Notes under the pieces: generated by a model | Told to the model about the DNA's origin: nothing | The model's input: the letters and a program-made list of their open reading frames with translations, nothing else | Database searches by the model: none | Assembly: GCA_964570345.1 (NCBI GenBank) | Contig: CAZMXY010000002.1 | Coordinates: 30,322 to 64,777, forward strand | DNA length: 34,456 nucleotides | Reading direction: 5' to 3' | From: an uncultured Rhodothermales bacterium | GTDB taxonomy: Bacteria > Bacteroidota > Rhodothermia > Rhodothermales > VXPQ01 | Translations under genes and position numbers: made by a program | Shown: in pieces, positions 27,493 to 34,456 of the stretch | How positions within the stretch are numbered: the first letter of the stretch is position 1 | Layout of the letters: every line of letters starts with the position of its first letter

Positions 27493-27527
27493 CACGACGT
27501 GTGGCGGGAACCGCACGTCGTGTTTTT
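27493..27527 (+). terminator. Intrinsic terminator-like hairpin between fecR and the TonB receptor
   Basis: CACGACGTG (27493-27501) / CACGTCGTG (27514-27522) perfect 9-bp inverted repeat followed by TTTTT. Confidence 0.6.
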
Positions 27528-27573
27528 GTATTAATGCGCATCCACTTTTCCTGTTCGATCGACGTCTTGCGCA

Positions 27574-30405
27574 ATGTCACGTCACCCGGATCGCGCTTTC
27601 GATTTCTTTGGATGCGCGCTGGTCGTCTTGATCGCATTCACTCTCGCCGGCCAGGTCGTCGCCCAATCCGTCTCGGGGCCCTACAGCCTCTTGGTGCGAG
27701 GTGCGCCACTTGACGTGGCGCTTGAGGCGCTCGTTGAACGAACACGCATCGACCTGGCGTACGATCCTCCGCTCGTTCGCGGAAAGCGAACGACTTGCGC
27801 GGCAGAGAACGAAACGGCCGAGAACCTCCTCCGATGCGTGCTTCGGGGTACGAATTTGGACTTTTATCGCCTCTCGTCCGGTCTGTACGTCTTAATCGAG
27901 ACTCCCGAAACCGTCCCTCTCTACGGGGGCCTTCGCGGGATCGTCGTCGACGCCGAAACTCGCCAGCCCCTTCCACACTCCCACGTCATGCTGGCCGACC
28001 AGACCAACGGCACGACGGCCAATAACGCCGGCTTGTTTGCGTTCGCGCGACTCAAGCCGGGTCGGTACATGGTGCTTGCCACTCACATCGGTTACGAAAC
28101 GGGCAAGGCGGTCGTCGACGTTCCGCCGGGTGGCGATTCAGAGGCAGAGCTTGCTCTGAAGGCGGACCCGGTGATCGTGCAGCCGATCGTAATCGACGGC
28201 CTACAGTGGCAGCTGCCGTCGGCAAATCTCGGAACCGAGGCGATTATGCAGGAGGACTTACTTCTCAACCCATCGTCCGGTGCTTCCGACGTACTCGTCG
28301 GTCTGAATTCGCTCCTTGGAGTCCGCGTCTCGGACGCCACGGCGGACATTCACGTTCAGGGCGGCGAGACGGGCGAACACCAACTTCGTCTCGACGGGGC
28401 CCCCGTTTTTCTACCGCTGAATTTTGCCAGCTTCGTCGGTCCTTTCAGCCCGTTCGCGATCGGCAGCATCACGGTCCACAAGGCCGGATTCCAGGCCTCG
28501 GAAGGTAGCCAGATCTCCGGCGTGGTCGACATACGGCACGACACAAACGTGCCCGAGCGTACGCGGGTCGACGTGCAGGCCGACCCATTGAGCTTGAACG
28601 CCCGCCTGAGTTTGAAGAGAGGGTCGACAGGAGGCGTGGAAACGACGATGATGACCGCCACACGCCTGGGCTTGTGGAGTCTATATGCGCCACCTTCGCT
28701 TGAGTCACTTCTCGATCACTGGAGTACGACGGACCCCTTTCTTTTCACCCTGTTTGACCGTTCCGACGATAATCCTCAATTCGAGACGCGGCCGACTACC
28801 GGCAATCCAGGCATTGGATTCAGAGATTTTCACGTCGCGACGCGAACGCGATTCGGATTACTCAAAAGCCTCCATGCATCAGGTTATGTCGGGCAGAGTC
28901 GTCTCGGGAGTGATCTCGCTAATCCAGAGCACGTCTCAAACGCATCCCCACGTGTCATCACCGATCCGACGCCAGGCGATTCCTTTCGTGATCAGTTTAC
29001 CTGGGATACCGGCGTAGGTCAGGCGCGATACGAGGCCGTTCTCGGTCGTCGCACCATGGCTTCCGTCGGAGTCAGGGGAAGCTTCTATCGTGTACGACAC
29101 GACTATAGCGTACCGGACAGCCTGGGTGACTTGGCGGTGGATGACGGCTTGTTGGGGTTCGGGCTGAGTGCGATCGACGATGATAACCGTATCCACGAGG
29201 TCGCGGCAGAATCGCGTTTCGACTATGTCCTCAACCACGTGCACAGCCTCAGTGGTGGTCTGGATTTCATTCAGACCGGTACGCGATTTGCGATTCTGGG
29301 CACGCAGCGATACCCGATCTCGCATCGCTCTTCAAGCTGGCGCTCCACCGGCTACGTGGAAGACGTGATCTCTCTCGCCAGATACTTAACGGTTGAGGCG
29401 GGTTTGCGCGGGACGTATCTGGCGTCTCACGACAGTGTATTTTTCGAGCCTCGTCTCGCGATGCGATTCGATCAGCCTCGCAGCGCCGTGGGAATGTGGT
29501 CAGTCCGGATGAGCGCGGGGCGGTATCGCCAGTTCGTGAACCAGTTCGACGTGAGCAGCCGGAGCCCCCGAGCGCTCGTTTCCAGCACGCGCTTCTGGCT
29601 TGCAACGGATGGATCGGTCGTCCCGCCGTCCGCGACCCACTACGCTGCGGAGATACTTCTTAAGCCGACGAAATCGTGGACCCTCCGACTCGAGGGATAC
29701 TTCAAGCATCAAGATCACATCCTATCGATCGATTACGCGACGTCGGCGGGTGAGGATCGGGCGAGCATGGAGCAGGACGAATTCCTCGTGTCCAGCTACG
29801 GTACCGTCAAGGGTGGAGGTATGCAGATCCAGCGGCAAATTGGCTTAGGACGCGTTGAGGCTCGTTATGAGTTTAACGTGGCTAAACGCACGATCGAAGG
29901 CTTTTACGACGACGAGCCGCATTTCGCACCGTGGAACGAACCACACCGCCTGGAACTCGCACTGGACCTCGTGCCCCTTCGCCCCGTCACGCTACTGGCA
30001 CGGTGGAGGGGCATCTGGGGTCGAACCTGGGGTTTTCGCCAGGGTTATTATGACTTTGTCGGGGCGTACGATACACTCGCGGACGATCTGCCTTCCGATC
30101 TAATTCCGAAAGCACCGCGCCAGATTGAGCGCTATCGTCTGGATGAGCCCGACGTCCACGAACTTCCACCGATTTATCAACTGGATCTAAGTGCAGCCTA
30201 CACGCACAAACTGGGAGGATCCAACGTACAGGTGAGAGCCGACGTGCTAAACGTGTTGAACCGCAGTAACGTCGCGGAGTGGTATCTTTGGTTCGACGAA
30301 GAAACGTATTACCAATCCGGCGACGACGGTGGCTTTCTCGTGAAAAGGGATCGACCGCTCCTTTCTAGACTCTTGTCCGTCGCACTTAAGTGGACGTGGC
30401 AGTAG
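27574..30405 (+). CDS. TonB-dependent outer-membrane receptor/transducer (STN-like N-domain, carboxypeptidase-regulatory-like domain, plug, beta-barrel)
   Basis: Signal peptide; PLDVALEAL..RIDLAYD (STN-like); GIVVDAETRQPL...THIGY; plug HVQGG...LDGAPV...GSQISGVVDI; barrel end NVLNRSN...VALKWTWQ. Confidence 0.88.
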   Translation: MSRHPDRAFDFFGCALVVLIAFTLAGQVVAQSVSGPYSLLVRGAPLDVALEALVERTRIDLAYDPPLVRGKRTTCAAENETAENLLRCVLRGTNLDFYRLSSGLYVLIETPETVPLYGGLRGIVVDAETRQPLPHSHVMLADQTNGTTANNAGLFAFARLKPGRYMVLATHIGYETGKAVVDVPPGGDSEAELALKADPVIVQPIVIDGLQWQLPSANLGTEAIMQEDLLLNPSSGASDVLVGLNSLLGVRVSDATADIHVQGGETGEHQLRLDGAPVFLPLNFASFVGPFSPFAIGSITVHKAGFQASEGSQISGVVDIRHDTNVPERTRVDVQADPLSLNARLSLKRGSTGGVETTMMTATRLGLWSLYAPPSLESLLDHWSTTDPFLFTLFDRSDDNPQFETRPTTGNPGIGFRDFHVATRTRFGLLKSLHASGYVGQSRLGSDLANPEHVSNASPRVITDPTPGDSFRDQFTWDTGVGQARYEAVLGRRTMASVGVRGSFYRVRHDYSVPDSLGDLAVDDGLLGFGLSAIDDDNRIHEVAAESRFDYVLNHVHSLSGGLDFIQTGTRFAILGTQRYPISHRSSSWRSTGYVEDVISLARYLTVEAGLRGTYLASHDSVFFEPRLAMRFDQPRSAVGMWSVRMSAGRYRQFVNQFDVSSRSPRALVSSTRFWLATDGSVVPPSATHYAAEILLKPTKSWTLRLEGYFKHQDHILSIDYATSAGEDRASMEQDEFLVSSYGTVKGGGMQIQRQIGLGRVEARYEFNVAKRTIEGFYDDEPHFAPWNEPHRLELALDLVPLRPVTLLARWRGIWGRTWGFRQGYYDFVGAYDTLADDLPSDLIPKAPRQIERYRLDEPDVHELPPIYQLDLSAAYTHKLGGSNVQVRADVLNVLNRSNVAEWYLWFDEETYYQSGDDGGFLVKRDRPLLSRLLSVALKWTWQ

Positions 30406-30409
30406 CGGC

Positions 30410-31183
30410 CTACAGCGAATCGCGAACGTCCATGCCCTGTCGACCGGCTCGTTCCGCCCCGCTCCCCACGCCTGCCGATTCGTCGTTGACGTTCGTTCCG
30501 TCCCTGCCAGTAGCGTCCTTAGCGTCTTGCGTCGAAGTCGAGGAAGGAACCCACGGCTCGTTCGCATCCGGATCAGGCACAGACGGCCTCGAGGAGCGAT
30601 TTCTCTCCTCCAACGAGGGCGTGACGAAATTCTCGTCCGACGTTTCAAATCCGTGCTCGTGCAGGTGAAATCGCTTTTGAAACGTTAGGATGCCCACGAC
30701 GCCGCAGACGATGGCCATGTCCGCAACGTTCCAGATCGGAAAGAGCGACAGATACGTTCCACCGATGATCGGCAGGGATTCGGGTATGAATCCGCTCCAT
30801 ACGTTGACGTGGATGAAGTCGACGACCTTTCCGAAGAAGTAAGTGTCATCGCCGTAGAGCACGCCGTAGAAGACGCGGTCGATAATGTTTCCAATTGCCC
30901 CTCCTAAAATCAGGCCGAGGCTTGCACGGTAAGGGAAGTAGCCGTTCTTCACCTTGATCAAGTACATCGTGATGAGCACGGTCGCAATGATCGAGAAGAC
31001 GGTGACCATAGCTTTGGGACCGAAGGTGATCCCGAACGCCATTCCCGGGTTTTCGGTGTAGGTAAGCTTTAGCCAGTCTCCCAACAGAGCGATCTGCTGT
31101 CCCAGATACATTGTCTGCAGGACGACGAATTTAGTTGCCTGATCAAAAATGACGACCAGTCCTGACAGCCAGAGAACACGCAT
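30410..31183 (-). CDS. lspA: Lipoprotein signal peptidase (signal peptidase II) with long acidic C-terminal tail
   Basis: DQATK, ENPGMAFG, GAIGNIIDR, VVDFI, WNVAD; ATG 31183 (MRVLWL). Confidence 0.93.
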   Translation of the reverse strand: MRVLWLSGLVVIFDQATKFVVLQTMYLGQQIALLGDWLKLTYTENPGMAFGITFGPKAMVTVFSIIATVLITMYLIKVKNGYFPYRASLGLILGGAIGNIIDRVFYGVLYGDDTYFFGKVVDFIHVNVWSGFIPESLPIIGGTYLSLFPIWNVADMAIVCGVVGILTFQKRFHLHEHGFETSDENFVTPSLEERNRSSRPSVPDPDANEPWVPSSTSTQDAKDATGRDGTNVNDESAGVGSGAERAGRQGMDVRDSL

Positions 31184-31303
31184 AGGGAAGAGTCTAGATG
31201 CCTGAGCAGCTGGTGCCGGATGGCCGGCACCCCCATCGAGGGCATTCAAATGAGTGTGGAATGGATCTCGACGTGTCCGGGCGCAGTACGCCGGTCCACG
31301 GCC

Positions 31304-31789
31304 TCACTTTTTTTGTTTGAGTTTGGCCTCGATCGAGATTTCCGTGTGCGGAACTGCCTCGAGACGCTCCATTGAGATGGGTTTGCCGGTGACTTTGCAG
31401 ATCCCATACGTGCGATTCTTAATCCGATCCAGAGCACGATCTAAGTAGCCTACGTACTTCTGCTGCCGTGCGATCATCAGATAGAGCTTCTCGCGCTCCA
31501 TGGCGTCCGTCCCGGCATCGGCCATGTGAAAGCTGTAGGCCGTGTCGTTCTCGGCTTGCTCGCGTGCATCTTCGAGCTGCGCGCGCATCCGTTCAATATC
31601 GTCGACTGCTTCCTGGCGACGCTCAAGAAGGATCTCCTGGAAATGTTTGAAATCGTCCTCTGAAAACCACGTGTTCTTGCCTCCGTCATCCTGTGGACTC
31701 ACGCCTTTGGTGCCCTCCGCTGTCGAATCGGAGTGCAGGGGAACGGAGACCAGTCCGGACTCAATGCGGTCTGATTTTTTGGCAGCCAT
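31304..31789 (-). CDS. dksA: DksA/TraR family transcription factor (degenerate C4 finger)
   Basis: Coiled coil with HMADAGTDAMERE; ALDRIKNRTYGICKVTGKPI..RLEAVPHT; ATG 31789. Confidence 0.85.
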   Translation of the reverse strand: MAAKKSDRIESGLVSVPLHSDSTAEGTKGVSPQDDGGKNTWFSEDDFKHFQEILLERRQEAVDDIERMRAQLEDAREQAENDTAYSFHMADAGTDAMEREKLYLMIARQQKYVGYLDRALDRIKNRTYGICKVTGKPISMERLEAVPHTEISIEAKLKQKK

Positions 31790-31855
31790 AGGTGAACTTA
31801 TGCGGATTAAATATCTACAAACTATACTGCCCGCTACAGCATCTGCACCGGGCAA

Positions 31856-34456
31856 TCAATTCGATTTCGCGGCGTTCGAACGTCGAACCGCCACCTCAAG
31901 CTTGTCGTCGCCGACGTCGAAAGATCCTACGAGCTCCCCTGCCGGCTGATCGGCTTCTTCCAACTCCAGAGCGAGCGTCTCGTTCCGAATCCACCCACCG
32001 AATTCCTCAAGAGCTTCGGCCAGCCTACCCGTCGCGCGGTACTCGACGATGATGCGATCGGTCACGTCGAAATCTGCCGATTTCCGCATGTTCTGAACAC
32101 GATTGACTATTTCGCGGGCTAGTCCCTCGGTCAGTAGCTCGTCCGTGACGGTCACGTCAAGCGCCACCGTCACGCCACCTTCCTGTTCGACGAGCCAGCC
32201 CTCGATCCCTTCGCTCGAAATCTCGAGGTCCCCGGGGCCCAGCTCGACGTCCTCTCCGTTTACGGTCAGGATGATCGTCCCCTCGTCGACGTATCGTCCG
32301 ATTTCCTCGTCACTCAATTCTCGTACGGCCCGATTCACGCCTTTCATCAGCGGGCCGAGCCTGCTCCCGAGCCGTTTGAACACAGGCCTTGCCGTACGTT
32401 TCACGGCTCCACTTGAACCGGAGACGTATTCAATGTCTTTGACGTTTACTTCGTCGAGCACGACGTCTCGCACACCCTCGACGTCCTCTTGGTCGACTCC
32501 CGCATTGGTGATGACCATGATTCGCGGCAAAGGTTGTCGGACGTTTATGCCGCTCTTGTTTCGAAGGGACAGTACTACGGACGTGATCGTCCGAGCGAGT
32601 CCCATTCGGCGCTCCAGATCCAGGTCGATGCTTTCCTCGTCGGGTGACGGGAAGTCGGTGAGGTGGACGGAAACGAAATTTTCGCTTTTCGCCGTGACAT
32701 TGAGGGCTTGGAAGAGCCATTCGCTGAAAAAGGGAGCGATCGGGCTCATCAATTTGGCGATGCCCAGAAGGGATTCGTAGACGGTCTGGTAGGCGGCTTC
32801 CTTATCCGCTCCCGTGTCGGCCTCTTTCCAGAAGCGTCGACGGGAGCGGCGCACGTACCAATTTGAGAGCTCCTCCACAAGGGCCTCCACGGCGCGGGCG
32901 GCCTTCGTGGGGTTGTACGAGTCATAGGCGGCGTCGGCGGTCTGGACGGTGGAGTTGACGCGACTCATGATCCACCGATCGAGCTCCGTTCGCTGCGTGA
33001 TCGGAATCCGATCGTGTCGAAAGGCGAACTCGTCGATGTTGGCATACGTCGCGAAGAACGAGTAAACGTTCTCGAGGGTATTAAAAAATTTGCGCAGCGT
33101 GTCCACGAGGCCGCGCTCGGAAAATTTGGTGTTTTCCCAGGGGGACGTATTGCTCATCATGTACCAACGAACGACGTCCGCACCGAACGATTCGATCGTC
33201 TCGAACGGATCGACCGTATTACCCTTCGTCTTGGACATCTTCTCGCCATCCTCGGCGAGGATCAGGCCGTTGACGACGACGTTTTTGTACGCGACGCTAT
33301 CCATGACGAGGGTCGCGATGGCGTGGAGCGTATAGAACCAGCCCCTTGTCTGGTCAACCCCTTCCGCGATGAAGTCGGCGGGGAAGTTTTCCCTGAATTT
33401 TTCCTCATTCTCAAACGGATAATGCCATTGAGCGAACGGCATCGCCCCCGAATCAAACCACACGTCGATTAGGTCGGGCACCCGCCGCATCGTCCCACCG
33501 CCGAGGGCGGGCCAAGTCAATTCGTCGACGAAAGGACGGTGCAAATCGATTTCCGCGTCGTCGATCGGCAGTTGTTCGCCGCACTTTTCGCGCAACTCGG
33601 CGATGGAGCCGATGAATTCGACGTAATCCGAGTCGGGCGCGTCGGACTGCCAGATCGGTAGGGGCGTCCCCCAGTATCTTCGCCGGCTCAGAGCCCAATC
33701 GACGTTATTTTTCAACCATTCGCCGAAGCGGCCGGTGCCCATGGCTTCCGGCTGCCAGTTGATCGTTTCGTTCAGCTCGATCATCCGATCTTTGAGCGCC
33801 GTCGTACGAATGAACCAGCTCTCGACAGGATAACTCATGAGCGGGGTGCCTTTACGCCAATCGTGCGGGTAGCTATGCAAGTAGGTCTCGTGCTTGTATA
33901 GAAGCCCTCGCTTCTTCAAGTCCTGTACGATCGGCTTGTCGGCATCCTTGAACCACATGCCGGCCGCGAGGTCGATATCATCCGAAAAGCGCCCCTCGGG
34001 CGTGATCGGGTTCAACACAGGAAGGCCGGCGCGCCGACCCACCTCGTAATCGTCCGTACCAAAGGCGGGCGCGACGTGCACGACACCCGTTCCTTCCTGC
34101 GTAGAGACAAAGTCGCCCGCAACGACGCGCCACGCGTCGCGAGAACTTTCCTCTCCGACAAAGTAGTCGAACAACGGCCGGTACCGCATTCCGACGAGCT
34201 CGCGACCTTTGAATCGTTCGACTACCTCTACCGTGTCCCCTTCGAGCACTTCGAGCCGCGCCTCAGCTAGAATCAGAAATTCGTCGTTCTCTTGAGCCCG
34301 CTCGTGCCTGATCTTCACGTAGTCGACGTTCGGCCCCACGGCGAGCGCCGCATTCGATATCAGCGTCCAGGGAGTGGTCGTCCACGCCAGGAACGAGGTC
34401 TGGTCGAGGTCCTTAATCGGGAAGCGGATATAGATACTCGGATCCTGGACCTCTTC
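31856..34456 (-). CDS. ileS: Isoleucine--tRNA ligase, type 2 (5' part outside the window)
   Basis: Frame open to the window end (AWTTTPWTL); GTGVVHVAPAFG, DWALSRRRYWGTPLPIW, WFDSGAMPFAQWHYPFEN, EGVDQTRGWF, KMSKT. Confidence 0.97.
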   Translation of the reverse strand, partial: EEVQDPSIYIRFPIKDLDQTSFLAWTTTPWTLISNAALAVGPNVDYVKIRHERAQENDEFLILAEARLEVLEGDTVEVVERFKGRELVGMRYRPLFDYFVGEESSRDAWRVVAGDFVSTQEGTGVVHVAPAFGTDDYEVGRRAGLPVLNPITPEGRFSDDIDLAAGMWFKDADKPIVQDLKKRGLLYKHETYLHSYPHDWRKGTPLMSYPVESWFIRTTALKDRMIELNETINWQPEAMGTGRFGEWLKNNVDWALSRRRYWGTPLPIWQSDAPDSDYVEFIGSIAELREKCGEQLPIDDAEIDLHRPFVDELTWPALGGGTMRRVPDLIDVWFDSGAMPFAQWHYPFENEEKFRENFPADFIAEGVDQTRGWFYTLHAIATLVMDSVAYKNVVVNGLILAEDGEKMSKTKGNTVDPFETIESFGADVVRWYMMSNTSPWENTKFSERGLVDTLRKFFNTLENVYSFFATYANIDEFAFRHDRIPITQRTELDRWIMSRVNSTVQTADAAYDSYNPTKAARAVEALVEELSNWYVRRSRRRFWKEADTGADKEAAYQTVYESLLGIAKLMSPIAPFFSEWLFQALNVTAKSENFVSVHLTDFPSPDEESIDLDLERRMGLARTITSVVLSLRNKSGINVRQPLPRIMVITNAGVDQEDVEGVRDVVLDEVNVKDIEYVSGSSGAVKRTARPVFKRLGSRLGPLMKGVNRAVRELSDEEIGRYVDEGTIILTVNGEDVELGPGDLEISSEGIEGWLVEQEGGVTVALDVTVTDELLTEGLAREIVNRVQNMRKSADFDVTDRIIVEYRATGRLAEALEEFGGWIRNETLALELEEADQPAGELVGSFDVGDDKLEVAVRRSNAAKSN

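Noticed and set aside
1-34456. CRISPR arrays, tRNA/rRNA, IS elements, integrases, prophage or defence genes
   Set aside because: No regularly spaced repeats, cloverleafs, transposase/integrase or nuclease-effector motifs seen; nearly all sequence is explained by housekeeping CDS.

Overview
GC-rich bacterial chromosomal core region. Gene content and signatures (ileS-dksA-lspA order, Pol I motifs DYVQIELR and NYGIPYG, lepA-lepB cluster) suggest Rhodothermia/Bacteroidota-related; this is inference. In order: rpsP (partial, very long C-terminal tail), ffh, 5-formyl-THF cyclo-ligase, two PspC-domain genes, a ferritin-like hypothetical, a stand-alone pseudo-receiver, an M16 peptidase pair, polA, an orphan rfbB-rfbA-rfbC cluster, fructosamine kinase plus LMW phosphatase, xseA, a tandem-YjbQ-like protein, an SDR, xseB, a conserved hypothetical, an L,D-transpeptidase, two tandem lepB genes, a secreted hypothetical, lepA, an ECF sigma/FecR/TonB-dependent receptor module, lspA, dksA/traR and partial ileS. 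I found no rRNA, tRNA, CRISPR array or mobile element. Most notable: (1) a 356-aa protein of two YjbQ/UPF0047-like domains with complementary motif loss and its own promoter, lying between xseA and xseB; (2) a Pol I with two substituted proofreading carboxylates and a natural Tyr at the ddNTP-discriminating position; (3) an Asp-to-Asn pseudo-receiver; (4) a shared AAC-N16-CGT ECF-type promoter motif before two envelope genes; (5) structured non-coding segments upstream of the cyclo-ligase and lepA. All family calls come from motif recognition, not database searches.
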